From Candidatus Parcubacteria bacterium (GTDB lineage Bacteria; Patescibacteriota; Minisyncoccia; Phycocordibacterales; UBA918), in the NCBI GenBank assembly GCA_021731405.1, contig JAKFXN010000005.1:169892-233891 (forward strand): a stretch of 64,000 nucleotides of DNA, in the 5' to 3' direction. The notes beneath the pieces are model-generated. The model saw nothing but the letters and a program-made list of their open reading frames with translations, was not told the DNA's origin and did not search any database. Both the position numbers and the translations under genes were made by a program. The first letter of the stretch is position 1. Each line of letters starts with the position of its first letter. Below, piece after piece: positions 47,491-57,832 of this stretch.

Positions 47491-47910
47491 TTACTTGTAG
47501 CGTTTCTTCATATCAGCGAGTGAACGCTTGATTAGTTTAGTGAGCACTTTGGTATCAATATCAGAAAGCCTTTTTATATAAAGACACGACACGCTTGTTT
47601 TGTACTTACCGAGTTTCTCCATAAGATCTCCGTACTCCTTAAAACCTGGCATGATATAGAGCGTCAGATTTTGCTTTCGGGGAGAGAAGCCAGTCAGCAT
47701 CCAATCACCCTTCTGCGCACTCCGCTCTGACTCGTAATGATACGAACCGAAACCAATGATGCTTTCGCCCCAAAGTTTAGGTTTTTCGCCAGTAGCCTCT
47801 TCAAAAATCTTAAGTAACGTGAGGATATCCTTACGTTTCTCTTCAGGTTCTACCACTTTAACAAAAGCCGACACACTCGCTTTTGAAACTTTTGTCTTTA
47901 GTTCTGCCAT
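47491..47910 (-). CDS. DUF1801 (YdhG-like) domain protein
   Basis: …GFGSYHYESERS…YIMPGFKEY… . Likely start at the MAELKT Met. Confidence 0.55.
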   Translation of the reverse strand: MAELKTKVSKASVSAFVKVVEPEEKRKDILTLLKIFEEATGEKPKLWGESIIGFGSYHYESERSAQKGDWMLTGFSPRKQNLTLYIMPGFKEYGDLMEKLGKYKTSVSCLYIKRLSDIDTKVLTKLIKRSLADMKKRYK

Positions 47911-47994
47911 ATCTCCCAGTATAGCAAAAGAATACCCCGGTATGTTGAGCGACTTCTTTCGTGTAAAATAAAAGGGCATTAAAGTAAAACCAAT

Positions 47995-48348
47995 ATGGAA
48001 AAACATCGTGTCTACACCATGAGCTTTGCAAGCGTCTATCCGCTCTATATTACTAAAGCAGAGAGGAAAGGCCGTACCAAAGCTGAGGTTGATGAAATTA
48101 TTCACTGGTTGACTGGATACACCGAGAAAAAGCTAGCGAAAGTGCTGGAGAAGCGAACAGATTTTGAAACCTTCTTCGCCGAAGCACCTAAGCTAAATCC
48201 AAAACGCTCCCTTATCACCGGGAAGATTTGTGGTGTGCAGATTGAGGAAATCAAAGAGACCACCATGCGCGAAATCCGTTATCTCGACAAACTCATCGAT
48301 GAACTAGCCAAAGGCAAGGTAATGGAGAAAATTCTGCGAAAAGGATAG
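47995..48348 (+). CDS. DUF2200-like small protein
   Basis: 117 aa; [24 protein letters not shown]. Divergent from 47491..47910. Confidence 0.5.
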   Translation: MEKHRVYTMSFASVYPLYITKAERKGRTKAEVDEIIHWLTGYTEKKLAKVLEKRTDFETFFAEAPKLNPKRSLITGKICGVQIEEIKETTMREIRYLDKLIDELAKGKVMEKILRKG

Positions 48349-48358
48349 ACAAAGACAC

Positions 48359-49317
48359 TCAAGACATCTTCGCCACAATCTCAAAAATAGATTGCTGTGA
48401 TTCCCCCGGATTCAAAACTTCTAAGCCTAACTTGTTATTAAAAGCATTTGCAGCACAGGTCATAGGTTCAATCGCTATTGATGTTCGCCACGGTGGTATA
48501 AAAACTTGCACATACTGATAACCCTCAAAGCAGATAATCTTAATCTCAAGTTTTTTCTCTGGGTCAGAAAGAATTATTTGCCTATCTTCAGTCACAAACT
48601 TAAATCCTGTATCAAACTCAACTCCAGACAAACTCTTTGGTGACATCCATTTCGTAATATCGTCAGTGTTCCCGGTCGGAATAAGTTTTCCGTCTACCTC
48701 AAGTTCCTGTACTTGGGGCAAGCGCAATTCTAAAGCCTCAACGCTAGCTCCTGTTTTAAAATATGGATGCCAGCCTATACCAATCGGCATTCTTGCCGCT
48801 CCTACATTTTTTACTTTCGTACTAATTCTTAAAGTACCAGAATTTTCAGTTTATAAATCACCACGACCTCAAACTGAAATGGGTACCCGTCTATCGCACT
48901 CTGGGTATAGCAAAATTCTAATTCATAATCCGCACCAACAGCTTCAGATCGCTTTAGAACAAAAGGTTTATCTGAAATAAAACCATGGATAGCATTTCCT
49001 TCGTCAGGTTTATTAAGGGGTAACTGATATGTCTTCCCTTCAAACTCATACCCTCCGTTAGCTATTCTGTTGGGAAAAGGAATAAGGAGTGAACTTTTTG
49101 AATAATATTCAATTCCTAGTTCTTCTGCAGAAGAATATCCATCAATAATATCAAAGACGTCTCCCTGCAGTGGAATGAGAAAATTATTTAGCCGAGCACC
49201 CATCTCTGGAATGACACTAATGCTCGTACCGTCCTCGGCCGTAACGGTGATTTTTGTATAAGGCCCAAAAGTCTCTTTTGTCTCGGTAAATTTCATATAT
49301 TGTATCTCGTTTTCCAT
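48359..49317 (-). pseudogene. Aldose 1-epimerase (galactose mutarotase) split by a frameshift
   Basis: N-terminal fragment 48829..49317 and C-terminal fragment 48359..48790 (GWHPYF signature) lie in different frames. The break coincides with a T6 run at about 48815-48820. Confidence 0.7.
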
Positions 49318-49898
49318 CGTAACTTTAGTTGCTCAATTCTTTCAAGCAATACAGGGTGATGGATAAAGTTTATTGAATACAGAAGAAATTCTTCAAACAA
49401 TGCTATTCCCTGCTGCTGTTCGTAATCCAGAGATTTCTCAAGCGCTTGGTACTTATCAAGCTGTCTTCCAAATACCGCAGCTGGGTCACCTGAATTCTCA
49501 TGCCGAAGCCACAAAGCCATCAGCTTCGCCCCGTTTGGTAAGTCTTTGGTCAGCATCTCCATTGCCCGCTTTTCATTTTCAAACTTAATATCCTTCAAAG
49601 TCTTTCTCTCGTCTGGTCGTAACTCAAGAATCACTTCATCACCATGAATGGCTTCAGGCCAATCATGTACTTCAAGCATATCCATGAGTCCTTCTTTTTC
49701 TTCTTCAGTTAGTAGTCCAGATAGTTCTTCGGCGAGCGCCAAAAGGGCCTCGGTGTGCTCTTTGACAGATTCTGGGTTTTCTACCCCTCTCATCACCCAG
49801 CCCGTTCTCTTTAGTTCTTGAAGGGCAAGATAGACCTCAGGAGCGACGGCTTCCAACTTAAGGAGTGATTGCCTGTTTTGCTTTTCAAGTGATTCCAT
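49293..49898 (-). CDS. HD-domain phosphohydrolase (YfbR-like 5'-nucleotidase)
   Basis: H…HD…D motifs (VKEHTEALLALA; EVHDWPEAIHGD). Confidence 0.7.
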   Translation of the reverse strand: MESLEKQNRQSLLKLEAVAPEVYLALQELKRTGWVMRGVENPESVKEHTEALLALAEELSGLLTEEEKEGLMDMLEVHDWPEAIHGDEVILELRPDERKTLKDIKFENEKRAMEMLTKDLPNGAKLMALWLRHENSGDPAAVFGRQLDKYQALEKSLDYEQQQGIALFEEFLLYSINFIHHPVLLERIEQLKLRWKTRYNI

Positions 49899-49943
49899 AA
49901 ATAAAGTATATCAGAGGAGTAAAAATCAGCCCAAATATATAAA

Positions 49944-49967
49944 ACGCAGGGATTTTGGTATCCCTGC
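49944..49967. terminator. Terminator hairpin
   Basis: cgcagggat-tttggt-atccctgcg with T-tracts on both sides. Confidence 0.5.
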
Positions 49968-49990
49968 GCTTATTTGTGGTGCCCTTAGGT

Positions 49991-50209
49991 TCATCTTTTG
50001 ACATGGAGCCTCCCTCCAAAGTTTTTGATGAGTGTTTTATGTTCATCAGTCAAATCAGAGGGTTCAAAGTTTTCAGAGAGGACATACTCCCCAAATTCGA
50101 TTCGGCCGAAGCCAGCATCGTTCACTTCGGCCGCATCTTTCAAGCTGAGAAACCTCTTCTTGCCATTGATGATCATCAGGTACTTTGGGAATTCTGCTGG
50201 TTGTGCCAT
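49991..50209 (-). CDS. Small hypothetical protein (72 aa)
   Basis: Strong SD (aaggaga) 7 nt upstream of the ATG. Terminator downstream. Confidence 0.45.
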   Translation of the reverse strand: MAQPAEFPKYLMIINGKKRFLSLKDAAEVNDAGFGRIEFGEYVLSENFEPSDLTDEHKTLIKNFGGRLHVKR

Positions 50210-50313
50210 GACTGGTCTCCTTTCTACCTATAGATAACCATGTACGAGGAAAGATATCAAATGCTAGGTTTGCGAAAAAGATTCAAGTGCTCCCATCAGA
50301 CAACGAGAGGCTT

Positions 50314-50796
50314 CTAGATAAAAGAAAATTCTTTGACAACTTCCCACTCATAGACAGGCGCGACTGTGTCTGGAAGAGCTTCCTCAAAAAGTTTACGTTC
50401 AACAAAAAATACATATTTGCTTTGTGTGATTCGATACTGTTGCCCGAGACCAGCGGCATAACACTGTATATTTCCAGTATCTGAAACATCGCCCTCATAC
50501 TTCTCTCCTTCCATCTCAGAACAACTGCCATCCACTGTATCAACACGTTGTTCAATCTTTTTATTACTATGCTCAATAGTGAGGTAGATATTTGTTTGCG
50601 GTATACCATCTAGATTATTAGTCTGAGCTTCCTCAAAACGCCACGCAAAGGTAGTCGTTGCATTCGTTGATGTACCTTCAGTACTTACCACTTCTGCTGC
50701 TGGCTCCGTATTTAACACAAATAAAACCACTGGAATAATAAGTGCTATCACTGCAACAGCTAAGAGGATTTGTTTCATAGGTATTAACCATACCAT
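50314..50796 (-). CDS. Membrane-anchored hypothetical protein
   Basis: N-terminal TM. Confidence 0.35.
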   Translation of the reverse strand: MVWLIPMKQILLAVAVIALIIPVVLFVLNTEPAAEVVSTEGTSTNATTTFAWRFEEAQTNNLDGIPQTNIYLTIEHSNKKIEQRVDTVDGSCSEMEGEKYEGDVSDTGNIQCYAAGLGQQYRITQSKYVFFVERKLFEEALPDTVAPVYEWEVVKEFSFI

Positions 50797-50851
50797 AAAA
50801 CAAAATCCCTCGTGGAGAGAGGGATTTTGTCACTATTTTACACTAAAAATT

Positions 50852-51313
50852 TTATTCTTTTTCGGCCAATCCTTTAAGTGCTTGAAGTGCCTCCTTCCAC
50901 ATTTCGTTAAACATTTCTGCGTACTCACCTTCTATGTCTAGCTCCAAAGCGAATTCGGTACCGCCATCTTTTTCTGTAAGCGTATAATTTTCAAAGGCTG
51001 GTGCCCACGACTTTGCCTTTTCACTCGTAGTATCTTCGACACCGTTTTCAACTAATCCAAGATGTTCGATAGAAATAAACTCAAAGGGAATATTCTTAGC
51101 AATCCGACTCACCATCCCACCTAGATTCTCTCCGTTTTCATCAGTGCCTAGAAATAATATTTTAGAGCCCTCACTCCAGTCCCCTACGTAGCGCGATGTT
51201 GGATTAAAAGCTTTTGTCCACTTTTCATACGACTCTGGACCAAGCAACACCTCCCACACCTTTTCTTTTGGTGCGTCTATAAAGATGGACGCATGTAATT
51301 TTTGTTTTGACAT
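50852..51313 (-). CDS. SRPBCC-superfamily protein (AHSA1/START-like)
   Basis: LHASIFIDAPKEKVWEVL… is typical of the Activator-of-Hsp90-ATPase-like fold. Confidence 0.6.
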   Translation of the reverse strand: MSKQKLHASIFIDAPKEKVWEVLLGPESYEKWTKAFNPTSRYVGDWSEGSKILFLGTDENGENLGGMVSRIAKNIPFEFISIEHLGLVENGVEDTTSEKAKSWAPAFENYTLTEKDGGTEFALELDIEGEYAEMFNEMWKEALQALKGLAEKE

Positions 51314-51326
51314 AAGTAGGTTTAGA

Positions 51327-51887
51327 TTAAGTAAACTTCACACTCTTTGATGGTATTTCTTTAAGGTACTGCTGATACCGAGCATCTGCTATTTGCAGCT
51401 TGTAGTTAAGGCGAGTAAAGACAATTTTATATGTTTTGCCGAAGCCACCTTTAATTGTAGTCTGAATTTGGAATGAAGCTGTCTTACCGGCAGGTATTTT
51501 GGCATAGAGGAGTGTGCCTACTGTCACCTGAGACACTCCTTCGCCTCGCACTTTTGTATCGGTGGTAACAATTGAACCCTCAGCCGTTCCTTCTATCTGA
51601 TACATAAAGCCGGCTGCCTTCTTGCCTGAGGCAACAGAAACCGGAACGAACACTGCTTGCTGTTTTGCGGTAATATCTATTTCAAGATAAAACTTTCCAA
51701 ACGCTTTATCCTCAACGCCCTTTTGCTTCACTTTCTGGAAGCGACCTTGGTTCTTTTTTACCTTCACGTCGATATAGTCATCTTTCCCTTCCACTTTCTT
51801 TGCTTGTACTAATTTTGTCTGCAGAACCTTCACTTCCGCATTCAAACTTTTCAAAAGCTTCTTGTTTGCAGCAGCTGTCTTTTTCAT
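51327..51887 (-). CDS. Hypothetical protein
   Basis: 186 aa, Lys-rich N-terminus, beta-rich C-terminus. Confidence 0.35.
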   Translation of the reverse strand: MKKTAAANKKLLKSLNAEVKVLQTKLVQAKKVEGKDDYIDVKVKKNQGRFQKVKQKGVEDKAFGKFYLEIDITAKQQAVFVPVSVASGKKAAGFMYQIEGTAEGSIVTTDTKVRGEGVSQVTVGTLLYAKIPAGKTASFQIQTTIKGGFGKTYKIVFTRLNYKLQIADARYQQYLKEIPSKSVKFT

Positions 51888-51971
51888 AGTCTAATTATAA
51901 AATAAACTTCACTCAAAATTTGCGGACCAAAATAATAAAAACACTCATACAAGTTATGAGTGTTTTTATTT

Positions 51972-52310
51972 CTAACTAACTTCCTTATTTATCGACATTA
52001 CTTCAATCCATCCGCCTGGAATTCCAAAATGAGGATGGTCCTTGAAGATATTGGCTGCCACCTCGAGTGTCTCTGCCTCAATAAACGAGTACATCATGAT
52101 GTCATTACGAGAGTCTTCGATTCCCGCTGCGGTAATCCGCTTTGGCTTCCCTACACCAGCAGTCTCAATAATGACTGGCTTGTGTGCTTGTAGCCATGCA
52201 TTCCACTCTGATTGCATCTGTAGTTCCTGAGCTTTTCGCTCAGCTTCAGGTATTTGCATCCACTCATCAAGCCCCGTATGAGGCATTTGGTATGTAACTA
52301 AAAATTTCAT
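51972..52310 (-). CDS. Hypothetical protein
   Basis: 112 aa. Confidence 0.35.
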   Translation of the reverse strand: MKFLVTYQMPHTGLDEWMQIPEAERKAQELQMQSEWNAWLQAHKPVIIETAGVGKPKRITAAGIEDSRNDIMMYSFIEAETLEVAANIFKDHPHFGIPGGWIEVMSINKEVS

Positions 52311-52346
52311 ATGTTTTTATTATACATCACTATTAAATAGGGTGTT

Positions 52347-52649
52347 TTAAACCCAAGTGAGACAAATGTACAAAATAGCGCTAACTACTACTTGAATTAA
52401 AATCAGCAGCAAAACTCTCCCAGACCCTACGTGTGGCGCTAGAGAAAAAAGTCGAAGGATGATCTTATACGTCACTAAAGATATCGAGTAGATAATTGTC
52501 GCTCCAACGGTAACAACCAGCAGATTTGGCCCTTCAGGGTCGTCAAAAAGTAAAAACATTGTTCGAGAGCACACCAGCGATGTTAGAACCAGTATTGCTA
52601 AAGCAAATCTTTTTGAGGTAAGAGCAGATTTTATTATTGAGATGTTCAT
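52347..52649 (-). CDS. Small membrane protein
   Basis: 100 aa, three hydrophobic helices. Confidence 0.3.
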   Translation of the reverse strand: MNISIIKSALTSKRFALAILVLTSLVCSRTMFLLFDDPEGPNLLVVTVGATIIYSISLVTYKIILRLFSLAPHVGSGRVLLLILIQVVVSAILYICLTWV

Positions 52650-52738
52650 ACCTTATAGAACACAGAGTTATTGGTATTGGTTACATAGGAAAGGCCTATG
52701 CAAACACAAAGAGTCTTCCTTCGCAGAAACTGAAAACC

Positions 52739-53065
52739 TTACTCCCGCACCCAGACACCATCAATTAACTTCGCGGCGCAGTCACCACCCACTTCATCAC
52801 CATCACTGTTTAGGTAAATGACATCTATGGCTGTTTGTGACGACTTACTATCTGGGAACTGCCCAGCTCTTATGTAGTCATAACGGACAGGATCTCCATC
52901 ATCACCAATCACTTCTACAACAAGGCGATACAAACGACCTTCCTCATCTTCCTTCCTTATTACTTCCCTATATGGCTTCTCACCAATAATACCCTCGATA
53001 AGTCTCATCACTTCCCCTTCACGCGGCACTGGTATTTTTTCAAGTGAATCAAAATTTTCTGACAT
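52739..53065 (-). CDS. Hypothetical protein
   Basis: 108 aa, acidic. Confidence 0.35.
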   Translation of the reverse strand: MSENFDSLEKIPVPREGEVMRLIEGIIGEKPYREVIRKEDEEGRLYRLVVEVIGDDGDPVRYDYIRAGQFPDSKSSQTAIDVIYLNSDGDEVGGDCAAKLIDGVWVRE

Positions 53066-53180
53066 ATAGATAAGTATAGCAAAACCCTAAACAAGTGTAG
53101 GCTTATGTAACCGCTGTTACGATTCTGTATTTCCAGCGTAGTATTATAGAGGTTACTTATTTAACATACCTATTAGTTTT

Positions 53181-53729
53181 ATGAAAAAATCTTTATCTCT
53201 AGCAATGCTGAGCGTGGTCATGCTCGGAGCGGTAGTACACGCTCCTGCTGCCCAGGCTCTCAGCTGTCTCCCAACCGCTGACTACCTAGAAACGGTTATC
53301 GACGATGGTCAGACAATCGTCTTTATCGGCACCTCTCTCGCGCGCACTGATACCGACTCATACACTTCAGAAGTAGTCGAAGTTACCGAAGCCCTACAGG
53401 GATATGTAGAAGAAGAGCTTTTTGTATACCACCAAAAGCATCCTGACTGGAATTATCTCTGCAACGCTGGCCCACAAGCCAAAGGTTCAACTGGTGTTTA
53501 CGTAGTACAGCGAGACGCTCTTGGTCAGTACAATGTGAATCAACGACTCACTCTTACCGAACCAATTGCGAAAGATTTCCTCGAACAGCTTGAAGACGCT
53601 GGTGTCGAAGGGATGACTTCCGAACTAAGTACAACCGACCAACAAAACCAGATTTTTACCACCATCGCTGAACTTATTGAACGAATCGGCAAACTCCTTG
53701 TCGAACTCAAGTATTGGAAAAACCAATAA
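53181..53729 (+). CDS. Secreted hypothetical protein
   Basis: Signal peptide MKKSLSLAMLSVVMLGAVVHAPAAQA. Terminator follows. Confidence 0.45.
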   Translation: MKKSLSLAMLSVVMLGAVVHAPAAQALSCLPTADYLETVIDDGQTIVFIGTSLARTDTDSYTSEVVEVTEALQGYVEEELFVYHQKHPDWNYLCNAGPQAKGSTGVYVVQRDALGQYNVNQRLTLTEPIAKDFLEQLEDAGVEGMTSELSTTDQQNQIFTTIAELIERIGKLLVELKYWKNQ

Positions 53730-53744
53730 CACATAGCAAACATA

Positions 53745-53776
53745 AAACCCCCGCAGCCTAGGCTGCGGGGGTTTTA
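53745..53776 (+). terminator. Rho-independent terminator
   Basis: aaacccccgcagcc-ta-ggctgcgggggtttt. Confidence 0.65.
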
Positions 53777-53823
53777 TTTGTACAAAGAACGACCCTTCGT
53801 AGAAAAATGAAAATTAGCTTAGT

Positions 53824-54132
53824 TTAAGATTTAAATAAAAGGACTACAGTTAATACTAATAGGCCTACAGTTAAAATTAACAATCCCCAAGTTAACCAGA
53901 TCAGTTTTTTAGAGTCACGACTACTGTTTGCATCCAATGTTACCAAGTTTGCATTCAGTGACCTCATTTCTTCAACCAAATTCTTTTGTTGAAATCCTGA
54001 CCATGCTGAGACTCTTATCGTCTCAGCAATAGCAAGTATGAGATTTCTTTCACCAAGCCTACTGTTCTCAATACAGTTTTGCGAAAGTTCTAAGAGAGTG
54101 TTGCCAATTTCCTTAAAATTTGGTTGTTCCAT
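53824..54132 (-). CDS. Tail-anchored small protein (hypothetical)
   Basis: C-terminal TM LIWLTWGLLILTVGLLVLTVVLL. Confidence 0.35.
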   Translation of the reverse strand: MEQPNFKEIGNTLLELSQNCIENSRLGERNLILAIAETIRVSAWSGFQQKNLVEEMRSLNANLVTLDANSSRDSKKLIWLTWGLLILTVGLLVLTVVLLFKS

Positions 54133-54189
54133 AATAAATTTTAATTAAAATAATTAATACGAAGGCCGGCTTTCGTAGCTACTTCCCGA

Positions 54190-54600
54190 CTACAACCACT
54201 GTGCTACTCCTCCATGCCCAGAGCAGGTACCTCTTCGATTCTGACTAAAACTATATGTACCGTCTTTACAGCGAGCACTAGCCCCAGCGGGGACACCGCC
54301 ATCTAGCGAATGAGCTGGTGACTTTACCTTGTTTCCATCAACGTTTGTATAATAGTTATCATTTGAGAGGTTGTTTGCTGACGCAGACCCATAAACTTCT
54401 GATTCAGTCTCTATCTCTACTTCTTCTACAATTACGGGCTTTACTGCAGGCTTCGGAACAGCTTTTTCTGTTGTTACTTGTTGCGTATATGGCGCAACAG
54501 AAGACGGAGAAACAACCTGATTTGAGGAAGACTCAGAACCAGACCCAATAATCGCAATAAATCCCACCAACCCAGCAATACCGAGTAGTATCTTGTTCAT
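54190..54600 (-). CDS. DUF3761-family secreted protein
   Basis: Signal peptide. C-terminal …YYTNVDGNKV…GASARCKDGTYSFSQNRRGTCSGHGGVAQWL signature. Confidence 0.6.
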   Translation of the reverse strand: MNKILLGIAGLVGFIAIIGSGSESSSNQVVSPSSVAPYTQQVTTEKAVPKPAVKPVIVEEVEIETESEVYGSASANNLSNDNYYTNVDGNKVKSPAHSLDGGVPAGASARCKDGTYSFSQNRRGTCSGHGGVAQWL

Positions 54601-54716
54601 ATTTAAACTTTAACCTTAAGAGTGATAACGCTATCTGCGCAGATAGTGCTACTTTAATTGTTGAATGTCAATGTCTTGGAAAATCTTTTAAGAAGCGTCT
54701 TCTTTTGTAAAAATTA

Positions 54717-55397
54717 TTAATTTAAATCAATCTTAACTGCAGATAGAATCAGGTCAGCATGATCATCTAACATCTCATCCATTAATTCTCGCGGGATTGT
54801 CTTGAGCTGCTTCTTGCTAGCAAGAGCAGCAACAGGTCTAAGGAGATGGCGTTGAACTATGATGATCTCATCCTTTGTTAGACTCTCTATTGAATCTAAC
54901 TGTCTTCGAATATCTGTATTATAACTTCGAATTGCCTTCTCTTTGGTGTTTATTCCAGAACTGATTAACTGAATAGTGGCATCAAATATAAATTGTGGTG
55001 TTCTTTCAAATCCTTCCAAATAACCATTCATGACTCTTGCTGCAGACATTGCTATGTCTACTTGCTGTGAAGTGTTGAAATCTAATTGTTTTTTTAAAGA
55101 AAAAAGGCGGTCTTCATTTAAATTTACTCGGGTAAGTTTCTGGGGAATAAAAATATCAATATCATCCTCTTTGTCCTCAAGACTTTTACGAACGCCCGAA
55201 ACGTAGTTCTCAATATTCTTAAGAGCTTCTTCGCTCTCTCTCGAAGCATAGAAAAATATATTTTCAATTTCTTTTTCAGCTTCTTTTTTCTCTCTGCTTC
55301 TATCAAACTGATCTTTTATATACCAAAGCCCAATCGAAGAAACTATTGCCATGAAGGAACCTATGAGGGATTGATATGTATAAATAAAGGTTTCCAT
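54717..55397 (-). CDS. TM + coiled-coil protein, downstream partner of the AIPR-like gene
   Basis: N-terminal TM (LIGSFMAIVSSIGLWYI) and a helical, charged remainder. Its start is 3 nt after the stop of 55401..57092. Confidence 0.45.
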   Translation of the reverse strand: METFIYTYQSLIGSFMAIVSSIGLWYIKDQFDRSREKKEAEKEIENIFFYASRESEEALKNIENYVSGVRKSLEDKEDDIDIFIPQKLTRVNLNEDRLFSLKKQLDFNTSQQVDIAMSAARVMNGYLEGFERTPQFIFDATIQLISSGINTKEKAIRSYNTDIRRQLDSIESLTKDEIIIVQRHLLRPVAALASKKQLKTIPRELMDEMLDDHADLILSAVKIDLN

Positions 55398-55400
55398 ACT

Positions 55401-57092
55401 CTAGATAGACTGATCGTAGTCCTGAACAGCGCTGTCACTTTTAAAATATCGAGTGTGTGAATATGTAACTCCTCTTCTGACCTGTTCTGCTGCAACAATA
55501 TCTTGAATATGGGATTGAGCAATTTCATAAGCACTAGCAATCTCTAAATCAGTAGGTCGTTGTAACTTGGCACTTCTTTCAAGCTCAAGAAATACCCCAT
55601 AAGCCATAAGCTCGTCGGAGTGCAATAAATAGTCTAGATTGGGGTTAGCTCCCAAGGTTAGTCTATTTTCAGTCACAACTTTCTGAATTCGATAAGCAAG
55701 ATACATCTGTAGGTAAAGAGGTGAATCAGCTTGTCCGTTAAACAACTGGTTAATGCTAGGATCTGTATGCTCCCCTTTAGTGGCCATAAATATGTTTTCG
55801 AGTAGGGAGTTTTTTGAAACTTTCGCTACACGAGGATTTTTATGGAATGTTGCATACCAAAATTTAAGGACCAATTCATTATTAACTGAATCACGTAGAC
55901 CTTCAGTCAAATCATCATTGCGTAACATTTCTCCTCTTTTCGAAACAAATTTAATTCCCTCTGCCGCAAAAAATACACTTGCACGCTCATTGAAGTCTTT
56001 ATTACTCATCTGATCTTTATAATTTATTGAAGTTTGGGTATTGGTTGATTCAGTAATCATTTCAGTAAGTTCCTGATTTCTACTTTCATACACCTTGATA
56101 GTTACATACACACCATCTAGCAAACTTGCATCTTCATTAAAAATGTCAAAAATAACTCGAGTGGTTTGTAGACCATTGACTATTACAGGATTTACAACAG
56201 GAATATTATATTGGTTTACTTGCGGAACAGAGGGGATTGAGACACTATCGCAAATAACAGTTAATCCATTGTTTAGAAACGGGAAAAAGGGCGACTTCAT
56301 ACTATCTCGCAATGTGTTTAACATTCTCTTGTTCGCCTTATTTTTACCCAAATAGCCTCGTACATTCTCAGTAAAAAGAGTGTCCATAAAACCATTTACA
56401 TCAATTTCCCTTTGTATAAGCTCACAGAGATGTAGTGCACTAATTCTAAAACTAGCTCCAGTAACTTGCCCAATAGAAAACGAATAGAGCGCTTGTCTTG
56501 AGTACGTTAGGATATTAGTTTCCTCTGGTTGAAATGTGAATTCCACTCTGTCTCTTCTTGTGCGCTGCAAATTTGAAATGCGAGTCACTAAATCAGCAGA
56601 ATCAATAACTGTATACTCGGGAGCAGCTCCCCTAGTCGTGAAATGAGCTGCTAATGGAGCATTACCAGCATGAGCTGGATCACTATCTAGTCCGCTATAA
56701 ACAAAAAACAATTTTGGAGTTAACACAACTCCTTGTCTTGTCATGTCTCTATACTCATCTACCCATGCTTGCATCCGAGGATTAATTTTTCTCTTACTCC
56801 TATTATCACCAACGAACAGATCATCAAAATCAGTTAAAAACTTCATGAGCTCGTTTTCTTTAAGGCTTGAAGAATTCTTACTCTGAAACAAACTGATCAC
56901 ACGAGTTTGGTCATCAATATAAATCGCATCAAATCCACAATCATCACCCTGACCGACCCATATATCTGTATGTACTTCATTAAAGGGCTTATCAAGAACA
57001 ATCGCTGCTGAGAGTACTTCAAAAGCTTCATCTCTTGTTATTGTATATTTGCGAACAATTGCTTGAATATATGCTGTAATAATTGGTTGCAT
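55401..57092 (-). CDS. AIPR (abortive infection phage resistance) family-like protein with N-terminal PD-(D/E)xK-like motif
   Basis: 563 aa. N-terminal GQGDDCGFDAIYIDDQ…ISLFQSK resembles a restriction-endonuclease-fold motif. Central NG-Q-T-like motif (VIVNGLQTT). Low-GC gene. Confidence 0.5.
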   Translation of the reverse strand: MQPIITAYIQAIVRKYTITRDEAFEVLSAAIVLDKPFNEVHTDIWVGQGDDCGFDAIYIDDQTRVISLFQSKNSSSLKENELMKFLTDFDDLFVGDNRSKRKINPRMQAWVDEYRDMTRQGVVLTPKLFFVYSGLDSDPAHAGNAPLAAHFTTRGAAPEYTVIDSADLVTRISNLQRTRRDRVEFTFQPEETNILTYSRQALYSFSIGQVTGASFRISALHLCELIQREIDVNGFMDTLFTENVRGYLGKNKANKRMLNTLRDSMKSPFFPFLNNGLTVICDSVSIPSVPQVNQYNIPVVNPVIVNGLQTTRVIFDIFNEDASLLDGVYVTIKVYESRNQELTEMITESTNTQTSINYKDQMSNKDFNERASVFFAAEGIKFVSKRGEMLRNDDLTEGLRDSVNNELVLKFWYATFHKNPRVAKVSKNSLLENIFMATKGEHTDPSINQLFNGQADSPLYLQMYLAYRIQKVVTENRLTLGANPNLDYLLHSDELMAYGVFLELERSAKLQRPTDLEIASAYEIAQSHIQDIVAAEQVRRGVTYSHTRYFKSDSAVQDYDQSI

Positions 57093-57285
57093 ACAAATGA
57101 GAATACACCTGTTTCAGGGGTTTAGCTAGATGAAATCATCTTCTATGATTACATAGGAAAGGCCATTGTAGTTCGCACAAGAAACACTCATATTGGGCTG
57201 TTTTCAATACCAGCCAACTGTCTCAGCAAGAAGAATAGACCGTTAAGCTTGCTTGGCGGTTTTTAATGTATTTTCAAATTTATTT

Positions 57286-57789
57286 CTAAATGTCTCGAAC
57301 AACAGGTGCAAGTTGGGGATTACTTGCCCTATCCAGCATTTCCTTCAGATCTTTTTCTTTTTGAATCTGCTTTGCTTTAATTTCCTCGTCTGTAAACAAA
57401 CGTTCCTCATTTAATGAAGTGAATAAAGATTGAGCGTTTTGGTAAATTGATTTTACTGCTTCTCGCAAATCTTCAGTACTAGAAAAAACACCTACGACCA
57501 TAGAAAAAAGTCCTCTCTGGATACCATCTGCATGATGCTGCCACACCTTAACTTGAGACTTATGTATCTCTTTTTCCTTCTGAATTAAGTCCCTTTCTTT
57601 TGTTAGTGCAACATATTGAGCAACGTTACCCATCAAAAAGACAATGCCAAATAGAGTTGATAGTGCAGTCCACCATGAAAAGAAATCGACTTGATAGCCA
57701 TTCCATTCTGTTCTTAAAAATGACAGTCCTGCAGTTACACCAACAACAAAACCAAAAGCTATATAAGCCACTGTTTTAAACGAGTTCAT
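57286..57789 (-). CDS. Two-TM + coiled-coil membrane protein (hypothetical)
   Basis: Likely start at the MNSFKT Met. The track start would overlap the tRNA. Confidence 0.4.
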   Translation of the reverse strand: MNSFKTVAYIAFGFVVGVTAGLSFLRTEWNGYQVDFFSWWTALSTLFGIVFLMGNVAQYVALTKERDLIQKEKEIHKSQVKVWQHHADGIQRGLFSMVVGVFSSTEDLREAVKSIYQNAQSLFTSLNEERLFTDEEIKAKQIQKEKDLKEMLDRASNPQLAPVVRDI

Positions 57790-57832
57790 ATAAATTATAT
57801 TAAATAACAAGCAACTCGAGCGGTGCTCGATT

